This document shows, piece by piece, positions 25,608 through 37,300 of a stretch of 64,000 bases of DNA (position 1 is its first letter; each line of letters starts with the position of its first letter). The stretch is from assembly GCF_006345805.1 (NCBI RefSeq), contig NC_043010.1, forward strand, positions 3,410,001-3,474,000, in the 5' to 3' direction. The notes beneath the pieces are model-generated. The model was not told the DNA's origin, searched no databases, and was given only the letters and a program-made list of their open reading frames with translations. Source of the DNA: Octopus sinensis (Eukaryota). The position numbers and the translations under genes are program-made.

Positions 25608-28600
25608 CACTTCATGCAGATACAAAATACATACATACACACATGCATTATTCCAGATGGTGACAAGTTCCTGATGAACCATGGGAAAAACAATATATTT
25701 TATCAGATTAGCAATTATGGATTGAATATACTTTTACATTTATATAAGCAAATATATATATATATACATACACGCCTAAATCGTTTTTTTTTAGAAAACC
25801 ATAAAAATGGAGAAGCACACTCTAAGAGGTAGAGCAGTCTATATCTATTACTGGTGAAGGCCGTTTTACAAGGTTACCCTGGGTATCTCACCATAAAGAG
25901 TATATACATATACATATATATAGTGAGAGTAGCATTAGTAGATATATATTTTTATATATTATATTAGAGGAAAAAGCAAAACCAAGGCAGAACGAGTGTC
26001 TCAAGTCGTTTTGAATAATTTAATTAGAGTAAGGTGAATTTGGAGTCTTACAGCCATATCTGAGATAATCCAAGTGGTAGGTTAGCATGTACACGAACTG
26101 GGAGACAAGGTATGAATATTTCAGACAGGAAAAATTTATAGTTTACAAGGAATAAAATATATTCACAGTTTATGAGGAATAAAACAGCAGAATAAAGGAG
26201 TAAATAGAAGAATAGAGAGTAAAGGCAGGAGAATAATGTTCACAACTCATCTTTTTCCAGAGGATATGGATGTTGGTTGGTACTTCTATGAAGGTACAGG
26301 TCCTTAGTTAAAATCCCTGGTAAATTCAGGTGTTATTTTGGCAGTATTTTGAATGATGGATTCATACTGAATATGAATACCAGCTGGATTTACCTGGAAT
26401 TTTAACTATGGACATGTACCACACTCTAAATACTATACCCAGTTGCTCCTTCCCAGAATATATAGTCATTTGCTCATGTCTTTCTTGCTGGAGTTTACTT
26501 GCAATGGCTAGGGGTTAGGGCTAAAGTTAGGAACATTGATAGCACCAATCTCACCAGTCTGAAATGGCCTGCAAAAGTTATGGGCATTGTCATTTCCTCC
26601 AGACTTAACAAGCAAAGAAAGAAGAAAACCCTGTTGACATTAATACAATAATGAAGAAAAGAGGAGAATCGCCAGTACATGAGAGAAAAACATATATTCA
26701 ATTCTAAAATTTTAATAAATATTTCTCTTATGTATGGTATGTGAGGAAAAGAAAGGAAAAAAGGGGAAAGGAAGGATGCAAGAAGACGATGAAAGTTGAG
26801 AAAGGTGACTTTCATTACAAAGACCATTATTTTCTAATATTAATTTAATCACTTATAGACTCTGCTGTGAAAGCCATACTCCTATGTGACTCTTTACTGG
26901 CAAGAATAGTTGAATGAAGAATAGTTGACATCTTAGATACCATTGAGTGGAAGCCATTGAGAATTCTATTTGGACATAACTACAATAATTGAAATCTTCT
27001 GCAAAAATACAAAACTAAAATACATACAAATTCTGAAACTAAACATCATTTTTTTTCCTTCCCCAGTGCATTGTTCACACAAATGGTTCAGTACATTTCA
27101 ATCATGATGTTGTTGCCATGAGCTACTTCCCATCTTTCAGCATTATACCCTATGAACCTATTAATTTAGTTGCTCCTTTTTACGTTGTATTTTTTCTCTT
27201 GATGACCAGATAAGAATTTACAGAGCAGAATCATAAAGCTTCCGATCGCATTTATCCATTGTTTTCTTGAGGAACGAAAACAATAAATGGTGAGAATGAA
27301 AGAAAGTCTTTCATAATGCAATATGATAATAATTTAATTTCATTATATCATACAATTATTGTACCATAACCTTTACTTATTACCTTGAATCATTTTAATG
27401 AGGTATTGTTAGCAATGAAATATTCTCTGTAGTCTTTGAGGATATTATATAGTCACACAAGAAAAATTATGTCAATATATCTAAATCAAAATAAGGCAAC
27501 TATTTTTTAAATATATACTTAAAATAAGCAATAAAGATGTTTTTTTTTTTCAAATCCCTTATTCAATATTCTAGTCACCTTATTGCAAACAGCTCTTTAA
27601 AATGAAAGTTCTCTATAAACAGTGAACAATACCAGTATCTGTGATACACTATAAAATTTGTTAAAGTATTGATAATATTGTCGTTAATGTCTTAGTGTGA
27701 ATACACATTCATTCAACTAATTACATTTTCTCTTATTTTATTTTCAATAAAAATGAAGCGACCACTATACTTTTACTAATTAATTATCTGCCATTTTAAT
27801 CACACATACAGAAAGCAAGAGATAATGGGGAAAGATCAAAATCAGCAAAAATAAATAAACATAAAATTAAGAATTCAAACTGTGTAGTTAAGAAAAATAT
27901 TAAAAAAACATTTTAAATGAACAAAGAAAAAATATATATTGATAAATAAAATAATAAATATACAAGTAAATAAATAAATAAATAAAACTAGTAAAACTAC
28001 AAAGAAAGAATTTGAATAAAGTTTTAACTGCAATCAGATAAGTTCTATGAATATTTTGTGAGGAATGACTTGATGAAAATAACAACGCTGTTCTAATGGG
28101 TTTGCTTTCATTTATCTTTTGTCAACAGATATATATATAGCTCAGAATAGTTGTTGACAAAGAAGCTAAAACAAACAGAATAGCAGAATAAACTTGGACT
28201 GGAATGTTAACAAAGTGAAAATAAATTCTGGATAATTTCAAAAAAGAAAACAATTTTATAAAATGGTAACAATTTCAATTAAACATCTGTGATACATATA
28301 GACTCGAAAGAGTGTGTGCATGCAAAAGCACTTATACACACGTGCATATGCGACACACACGCATACACACACATAAACAGACCCATGTAAGTGCGTACAC
28401 TCACACATACACACACATATATATATATATGTGTTCATCCAGGTGAAGGCATTTACAAAACTAGTCATGTTTCTTTCAAGTTTCAAAACCATCAGAAACT
28501 TGAAACGGAAACACGACAAGTCATGTGAGCACCATGATCTGAATAAACAAACATCAGCTCCCCCACATGTTATTGAGTACTTTACCTTAATCTGAGGTTC

Positions 28601-28629
28601 CCCTTGTTTTTTCAACAGTTGTCTCTTAA

Positions 28630-28697
<68 letters not shown>

Positions 28698-28819
28698 TAT
28701 ATTAAATTAGAGACAAAACCACTATTAGGCAAATCAAACAATGAAAGACTTAAGCCAATACATATGATTAATTTATATTATTTAAATATGTAACAATTAT
28801 TAAAAAATATAATTAATAT

Positions 28820-28882
28820 CCACTACGATCGTTTCCTGCCTGCTGTCTTTAAATTTTTGAGTCACAGTCATTCATCAGGTGG
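28820..28882 (-). ncRNA. Minimal type I hammerhead ribozyme motif (Penelope-associated type), stem II partly degenerate
   Basis: Minus strand CCAC-CTGATGA-...-GAAAC-GATC-GTA-GTGG: intact core, stem I CCAC/GTGG, palindromic stem III ACGATCGT. Confidence 0.6.
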
Positions 28883-29061
28883 TTTCAAAATTTTTCTTGG
28901 CGAGTTTTAAACAATATATGATGTACATAAATTATAAACCTAGACATATACATATATATATGTATATATAAAGGGAAAGTTTACAAAAATAAACAAAAGA
29001 CGAAGGCAGGTGGTGTACAAACAAACAAATGTATTAGTATAGCGCTCAGGAATTGAAAAAG

Positions 29062-29099
29062 TCTTTTACGTTTCGAGCCTACACTCTTCCACAGAAAGA
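29062..29099 (-). ncRNA. Minimal hammerhead-like motif with altered core (CUGUGGA)
   Basis: Minus strand TCTTT-CTGTGGA-A-GAGT GTAG GCTC-GAAAC-GTA-AAAGA; stem I UCUUU/AAAGA, stem II GAGU/GCUC. Confidence 0.45.
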
Positions 29100-29199
29100 T
29101 ACAGAAAGATATATATATATGCATATATATAATGCCTATATAATATATATGAAATATAAATTATCATTACTAGTGTTATCATTATCATTATTATTATTA

Positions 29200-29760
29200 T
29201 TGAGTGAGAGAGTAATGCATGCCATGAAAGTGACACTGGGGTACAAATATACGAAGCCCAATATGCCCATCATGACTACCCGTCTGATAAGGGTACACTA
29301 GGCACATGCTTCACAACCATATGTGCGCGACATGGTGATCTCATATCAAGATAAACAACACATGACTTTGCAGGTGGGTCCCAGTTAGGATTTTCTTCAA
29401 GTTAAGTAGCCCATCCCACACAAAACGTCCCTGAAGAAGGTTTGGTTTAATGATATTGAACGAAACATGCATGTTTCCAGAGGTGAATTATCCAAACACC
29501 AAAGAATTCCTCTCAACACTCGGCTATGATGCTCTCCGACTACTTCTGCTCATGATCAGAGATGCACATATCGTCAGCCACTAAGGGACATGCTCAACTG
29601 GTCACGGTCAAACAACTGAAAAGCAAATCTGTGGTATTGAGCAGAATATTTGCTGTAGCCCATCTTTTATACCAAGACAAAACAATGTATATGATAACAC
29701 TTCCAATTAGTTAAGATCAGGACCCATGAGAGCCACAGCCTGGTTCTGCATTGGGGCATT
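29200..29760. mobile_element. ~560-bp non-coding insertion embedded in a (TAT)n microsatellite
   Basis: Higher-GC block flanked on both sides by (TAT)n tracts. Confidence 0.5.
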
Positions 29761-29845
29761 ATTATTATTGTTATTATTATTATTATTTATATTATTATAT
29801 GAAATCCAAATAAAGCAGAGGAAGTGTTTAGCTCATCTTTAATGA

Positions 29846-29964
29846 CCAGTTACAATTGTTTCGGTACCACTCAGTTTTTAATGCCATACCACACAAAAGT
29901 TCCTTGTAGAAAGTTACATAATACTTGTAATTTTAAATATTAGAATGGCACATCATCAGACTTG
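29846..29964 (-). ncRNA. Type I hammerhead ribozyme motif with long loop II insertion
   Basis: Minus strand CAAGT-CTGATGA-T-GTGCCATTC...GAGTGGTAC-C-GAAAC-AATT-GTA-ACTGG; 9-bp stem II, palindromic stem III ACAATTGT. Confidence 0.6.
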
Positions 29965-30129
29965 CATCAAATTGTGCATGCTTACATAGCGCAACAACTG
30001 AGTAGTGTTTTTTGCTCATATCAGAAGGAAACAATTAGTAGAAAATTATACCCAAAATGGTGAAATGGTTGACAGAACCTAGACAATAGTAATAACAAAT
30101 TGGATAAAAGAGGAGTGGGTGGGGCAAGT

Positions 30130-30243
30130 GAAGAAGGAGGAAGTGAAGAAGAAGGAGGAAGTGAAGAAGAAGAAGAAGAAGAAGAAGAAGAAGAAGAAGA
30201 AGAAGAAGAAGAAGAAGAAGAAGAAGAAGAAGAAGAAGAAGAA
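30130..30243. repeat. (GAA)n microsatellite
   Basis: Directly visible pure tract. Confidence 0.95.
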
Positions 30244-31305
30244 ATATATATAAAGAATGTAGTAGGCTAATGATAAGACCACTCCATTATTCTTCCTTAC
30301 ATGAGTGGAGGAGGTGAGTGTAACCTGTGCTTAGTGGAATTTCTTGAAATCATAAATAGTAAGGGTAGTCTTGTTAACAAAAATAATGAAATTTTGATAT
30401 AGTGCATGCACATATACTACAGACCTTTGCAAAATTTTCATGAGCTTAATTTATTTTTTTATCAATCTTACATACTTTAACTCCCAACGCAGAGCTATTA
30501 ACACCTATCCTGAAATCCTAACCCCACTCCCTAGTAAATCCACTGAGTAATCCATTGAGATATTGTTGGGAGCCTACCACTTCTATCATTAAATTCCTGA
30601 TCTGCTTAGGTAGTAAACCCATTCTTTAGTCTATTTAATGGTTCAAGAACCAGCAGCTACTACCTCTAACCTAACAACCAAAGAGGAACATCAATCATAT
30701 GCATCAGTATCTGTCCTCAGCCTGATCCTTAATTTATTCGAACCACACTGATTCCATTGTCAACAACCCACTGCACTAGATATTTTCACCACAAAACATA
30801 ACTGTAGCCTCATCTAGCCCTACTCACTTTTTCAAATGTTATCCGGATTTTTGTATATTTATGTTTTACTTCATGCTATTGTCTTCCTGCTATTTCGCTA
30901 TCATGGTTTATTATGGCTTATTATGTTTTCCCATATCCAACAAAACTGTTTACATTTTTGCATTTTATATCTCATATTATACTTTATATAGTCTATAGAA
31001 CAGTTAATATTCCATGGAACTGTCAATAACTTTAGTTTTAACTTCAATATTTGTGCATATTTCAACTTTGGTGTCTGATCACTTGCTCCCAACATTGCCA
31101 TATATTTTATTTTATTTTATCCTATTTTACCTTATCATTTTATCATGTTCTACTCGACTATATATGAGAAATTCTTAATATTCTGAGGTTCATATATATG
31201 CGTATATACATATATGTTTGTGTGTGTGTGTACATGTGTGTGTGTGTTTGTATATATACATGTATGTGTGCATAATATATATATGTATATATTTATGTAT
31301 ATATA

Positions 31306-31460
31306 TGAGGTCTGATCAATAAGTATCTGGACTGCTGTCAACAAACCTAAAGCACACAGAGTGAAGCCACTTGGTACAGGGTAACCTTGAACTTTATTGT
31401 GTATGTGCACTAAGCTTTAATGATCTAGCTCACTTCTGCTATTTACAGTAATGCTTGGAC
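31306..31460 (+). mobile_element. Mariner/Tc1-like transposon terminal fragment
   Basis: TATGAGGTCTGATCAATAAGTATCTGGACT after a TA run resembles mariner TIRs (TACGAGG..T..TCAAAAAGT). Confidence 0.5.
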
Positions 31461-31493
31461 CTGAGACAAGTAAAAGAGTACGTGTATATATAT

Positions 31494-31885
31494 GGCTGTG
31501 TGGTAAGTAGATTGTCTACCAACCACATGGTTCTGGGTTCAGTCCCACTGCGTGGCATCTTGGGCAAGTGTCTTCTGCTATAGCCTCGGGCCAACCAATG
31601 CCTTGTGAGTGGATTTGGTAGACGGAAACTGAAAGAAGCCTGTCGTATATATGTATATATATGTATGTGTATGTATATGTTTGTGTGTGTGTGTTTGTCC
31701 CCCTAGCATTGCTTGACAACCGATGCTGGTGTGTTTACGTCCCCGTCACTTAGCGGTTCGGCAAAAGAGACCGATAGAATAAGTACTGAGCTTACAAAGA
31801 ATAAGTCCCGGGGTCGATTTGCTCGACTAAAGGCGGTGCTCCAGCATGGCCGCAGTCAAATGACTGAAACAAGTAAAAGAGAAAA
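31494..31885 (+). mobile_element. SINE family A
   Basis: High similarity to 6021-6437. Confidence 0.9.
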
Positions 31886-31907
31886 AGATATATATATATA
31901 TATATAT

Positions 31908-32235
31908 AGAAAACAGCACAGCTCCCATGACTTTCGGAAACATTTTTTCACGCTCAGAGTTGCTGAAGCATGGAACAAACTGCCTGCGTCAGTTGTTGAC
32001 TGCCATGACACTGCACCCTTTAAGGCCCTCATGCTTTCCGAAATCCGCCGAAACTACACCTGATTGTCCCCCTTCCATACTCATACACATATGTGTATGT
32101 CATGACTCATGCACTGTTCTTTTTCCTGATGCTTGTACATTACCCTATGTACTATACATACACTTTAGATGAGTTGTAGTGCACCTGAGCACTGTACACA
32201 ATGTTTTATTATTATTATTATTATTATTTTATTAT
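31908..32235 (+). mobile_element. CR1/L2-type LINE 3' end (5'-truncated) with (TAT)n tail
   Basis: RKQHSSHDFRKHFFTLRVAEAWNKLPASVV...FK motif typical of the CR1/L2 ORF2 C-terminus. Confidence 0.8.
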
Positions 32236-32391
32236 TATTATTATTCTCCCACAATCCTATGATACGCCTCTACTATATTATGAGACAATGCACTGTGAGG
32301 TGGCCAGTGTTATTTCAGGACATCCATCACCAAATTTTGAGCAGGGGCATAACAAAAGCTTCCCATTATGGTTTGTGACTAAATTAAGGAA

Positions 32392-32773
32392 TACTCTTTT
32401 ACTCTTTTACTTGTTTCAGTCATTTGACTGTGGCCATGCTGGAGCATCACCTTTAGTCAAGCAAATCAACCCCAGGACTTATTCTTTGTAAGCCGAGTAC
32501 TTATTCTATCGGTCTCTCAGCATCGGTTGCCAAGCGATGCTTGGAGAACAAACACATACACACAAACATATACACACATTCATATATATATATATATATA
32601 CATATATACGACAGGCTTCTTTCAGTTTCCATCTACCAAAGCCAGTCACAAGGTTTTGGTTAGCCTGAGGCTATAGTAGAAGACACTTGCCCAAGGTGCC
32701 ATACAGTGGGAATGAACCTGAAACCATGTGGTTGGTAAGCGAGCTACTTACCACACAGCCACTCCTGCACCTA
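32392..32773 (-). mobile_element. SINE family A (inverted)
   Basis: Reverse complement of family A. Confidence 0.88.
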
Positions 32774-33517
32774 TGGTTAATATTTATAATGAATTTGTCA
32801 TTTTTGATGAGTGTGCACTGCACACCTAGCACATATACATATATATATATATGAATATACATATATATACATATGTATATATACATATATATATATAGAT
32901 ATATATATAAAATACATATATATACACAAGTATATATACACACACACATGTATATATATATATAGATTATATATGTAATATGTGTATATATATAATATAT
33001 ATATATATGTATGTATGTATGTATATTATTTACATTTCATGTTCAATTTATATCATATTCACTTTGTATTGCCTTACTCTGGTATTTTAATTTTTAATTT
33101 TTAACTTCATTATTCATGCATAATTCATAATAACACCACATTTCAACATTGATTTCTCATTTTATTTTATACATTTTCACTTCATTTTGTTTTCTTCATT
33201 TTATTCTGACTTATTGTATTTCACTTTACTTCTTATGAGAACTTTTTAATAGGATTTAATAGTTTTATTTTATACCTACTTTGAGATGCACATTCCTATT
33301 CTACCCATTTCTTAAGTCTATATATATATCTTTAATCTTAGGACATCCATATCTTCTCATAGTGGATACCAACTGTGTATCGTACTATGGATGATTTATT
33401 TCCTAGCCTTACTTAATTTCCATTTCTTCCAATTACTAGAGAAAGCCAGTTTTTGAATGTACTAGGACACTTCCACCTTATCACATTATAGTATAGTGAA
33501 CCATATTTCTTCAAAGT

Positions 33518-33710
33518 TACTCTTTTACTTGTTTCAGTCATTTGACTGTGGCCATGCCGAAGCACCACTTTTAATCGACCAAATCGACGCCAGGACTTAT
33601 TCTATTGGTCTCTTTTGCCAAACTGCTAAGTTACGGGGATGTAAATACATCAGCATCGGTTGTCAAGTGATGTTGGGGGGACAAACACAGACACACAAAT
33701 ATACACACAA

Positions 33711-33761
<51 letters not shown>

Positions 33762-33925
33762 CGACCAGCTTCTTTCAGTTTCCGTCTACCAAATCCACTC
33801 ACAAGGCTGTGGTCGGCCCAAGGCTATAGTAGAAGACACTTGCCGAAGATGCCATGCAGTGGGACTGAACCTGGAACCATGTGGTTGGTAAGCAAGCTAC
33901 TTACTAAACAGCCACTCCTGCACCT
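33518..33925 (-). mobile_element. SINE family A (inverted)
   Basis: Reverse complement of family A. Confidence 0.88.
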
Positions 33926-34414
33926 TTAATTTAAACAGTTAACTTTACCTTCTCCCCATCTTTAAATGTCTACCTCTGTAAATAACTAACTTACTAATTA
34001 GCATTTATCCTTTTCACCATTTAAATTTAACGTTTATCTGATTTTCACCTTATTCTATCCTAATTTGAAACTCTAATATTCAAAACAGTAAATGCTACAC
34101 AACATTTTACTGGCTTTAAAAACAGAGTGGTACCAAAACAATTATAACTGGTCATTAAAAATGTGCTAAACTCTTTCTTTGTCTTCTTATTTCGATTGTA
34201 TTTTACTCTTTACTAGACCCACGTATTAAATTTACTGGTCTGCTACCTGGAGTTTCTACACCAGCTGAATTTTGGTCTTCAGTTTAAGAGTGTGAATAGC
34301 CTCAAACTCAGATTGAGTGCTGCACTGAAAATATTCAAATATTGTATTCTTTCAGAAATATGGTATTTGTATATCTATCTATTTATCTATCAATCAATCA
34401 ATCAATCTATTTAT

Positions 34415-34449
<35 letters not shown>

Positions 34450-34457
34450 ATTATCTT

Positions 34458-34518
<61 letters not shown>

Positions 34519-34523
34519 CCATG

Positions 34524-34563
<40 letters not shown>

Positions 34564-34719
34564 GTATGTATGTATGTATGTATGTATGTACATATATCTG
34601 TCTATGACTGTCAGGTATTTTAACACCCAATGCTTTGAGAGGCTATTCCTCATCATGCCACATCACAACCTACTGACAAGTATGCGTAGCATATATGTTA
34701 AGTATATGTGGTTGATAAT

Positions 34720-34756
<37 letters not shown>

Positions 34757-34932
34757 CATACAATTAAGAATTCAAATTCTGTATTTAGGAAAAAAATTTA
34801 ATGTGCCAAAGAAAGAAACAGTCAAAAGCAACAAAAAAATTGATAAAAGCCAAATTGATCTCTCTCTGTTATTGCATATGTATGTGTGTTTGTGTATGAG
34901 TGTCTGTGTGTGAGTGTATGTATTTATACACA

Positions 34933-34968
<36 letters not shown>

Positions 34969-35068
34969 AACATATATATATATTTTTACATATATCTACA
35001 TACATATATACATGTTTACACACACACATAAGCATGTATGTGTGTGTGTGAGTATATATATATTATAC

Positions 35069-35147
<79 letters not shown>

Positions 35148-35831
35148 GGATATATATGATACACACACACACAGATGTATATGATATATGATATAAAACA
35201 AAGGTGTATTCTAGCGAGGGTGACACAAAATGATACAATAGATTAATATGAAACTTTCAAACAATTACATTAAAAATAGCTTTGCAAATGCACAGTAAAT
35301 ATCAATTCAACTAGAAATGGAGAAGAAAGCGGGGAGTAAATGCGGAGAATGAAATCAAGTAAAGCACAACAGGGAGATGTGTGATGTGAGAACAAAAGAG
35401 AGAGAGAAAGAGAAAGAGGCAGAGGCAGGGAGAGAAAGAAAGAAAGAGACGGAGAGAGAGTAAGCATTACACATATCATCATATATCATCATATGGTTAA
35501 AGGGACTTAATTGTATTTTCTACTGTGTTCATGGGTATGCACAAATGCACAGACACACACACACACACACAGACACACAGTCACTCATTCATTCATTCAT
35601 GCTCCTCAGCATTCAGGCATCTGTTCATTCATGTACAAACACGTAGAATGGAACTGATTCAACAAACCTAGCAGCCATGAATTTTTATCTTCTATTCTAA
35701 TATAGAATAACATTCATTCTTATAATTCTTCTCTATTAACTGTTAGAATCAGAAAACCAATTTTAGTGTATTTATTGCAGTCTGGAATGATAGGAGTCAT
35801 TCAAGTGCACTTCACCAAATCTCTTTCTCAT

Positions 35832-35885
<54 letters not shown>

Positions 35886-36023
35886 GCTTTTGGTGGAGTC
35901 AGGCCCTTAGAGAAGAATGAATGGAGCGAGAGGCAAAGAAGTGAGATGAACTCTGCAAGCCTCAACATAGTGAACTCATGTCAGAGATCAACAACAAATA
36001 ATAATAATAATAATAATAATAAC

Positions 36024-36076
<53 letters not shown>

Positions 36077-36784
36077 TAATAATAATAATAATGATAATGA
36101 TAAAGTAAATTGATCTGTCTGTTGGTTTTGATAGTGAGCATTCAATCATTCAATCAACTATAATACTTGCTTGTTGAATTAATATATAAGCGGCAGAGTA
36201 CTCCAAAGATATATTACCTTTAAAATGATTAATTCTGAAGCAGAATTAACGTGATGCAATAATGTGAAAATGAACCTTTAAATTTCAGAAAGAATCTAAC
36301 TAATGGACTTCCATACACTTTTCATCTATCCGATTTTACTGACAAAGTTTGGGTTGTTCTGAGGCATTGGTAAAAAAGCACTTGCCCAAGATGTCACATG
36401 GTAGAATTGAACACAGAATCATGTGATTGCATAGGGAACTTTTAACCACTTGATCATGCTACATCTACAAAGAGTGTTTCTGAATAATGGCTTAAGATTT
36501 TTGTACGAGGCTAGCAATTTTAGAAGAGGAGATAAATCGATTACATCTACAGCAGTGTTCAACTGCAACCCTGAAAGGATGAAAGACAAAATTGACCTCA
36601 CCAAAATTTGAGCTCAGAACATAAAGATGGACGTGTGACTCTGAATAATGAGCCTGGTACAAAGCAGAGAATACTTTTTAGTTTTGTTGTAGACTTTCTC
36701 TCAAATATCAGTACAAGTTGCAAGATGAAATACACCCAATGGACACTGCAGAATGGCTGCTAACAGAAAATGTACCCAGCCATA

Positions 36785-37300
36785 TCATCATCATCATCAT
36801 CATCATCGTTTAACGTCCGTTTTCCGCGCTAGCATGGGTTGGATGGTTCGACCAGGGTCTGGGAAGCCAGGGGCAGCACCAGGCTCCAGTCTGATCTGGC
36901 AGTGTTTCTACAGCTGGATGCCCTTCCTAACGCCAATCACTCCGCGAGTGTAGTGGGTGCTTTTTACGTGCCACCTGCACAGGTGCCAGGGGCGGGGGTC
37001 TGGCTTCGGCCACGATCAGTTGGTGCTTTTAACGTGCCACCGGCACGGAAGCCAGTTAAGGTGGCGCTGGCATCGGCCATGTTCGGATGGTGCTTTTAAC
37101 GTGCCACCGGCACAGAAGCCAGTCGAGGTGGCACTGGTATCGGCCACGTTCGGATGGTGCTTTTATGTGCCACCGGCACAGAAGCCGCCAAAGCGGCGCT
37201 GGAATCAGCCACATTCGATGGTGCTTTTATGTGCCACCGGCACAGAAGTCAGCGAGCGACGCTGGCATTGGCCATGTTCGGATGGTGCTTTTTATGACCA
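36785..37300 (-). mobile_element. SINE-like/RTE-tailed element, family C, with internal ~58-65-bp tandem repeats and (GAT)n tail
   Basis: GGATGCCCTTCCTAACGCCAA motif; (CAT)n end on the plus strand; repeats of GGTGCTTTT..GTGCCACCGGCAC; related copies at 4560-4820, 23000-23175, 24230-24445, 40750-40970, 48566-48902. Confidence 0.8.

Noticed and set aside
20083-25693. Numerous YIYI/HTHT/VCVC ORFs here and at 10630-10989, 42435-43864 and 51134-52014
   Set aside because: Translations of di- and tetranucleotide microsatellites
36950-37300. Repeat-spacer appearance resembling a CRISPR array
   Set aside because: The 'spacers' are homologous to each other, the context is eukaryotic and no cas genes are present; it is a minisatellite within a retroelement
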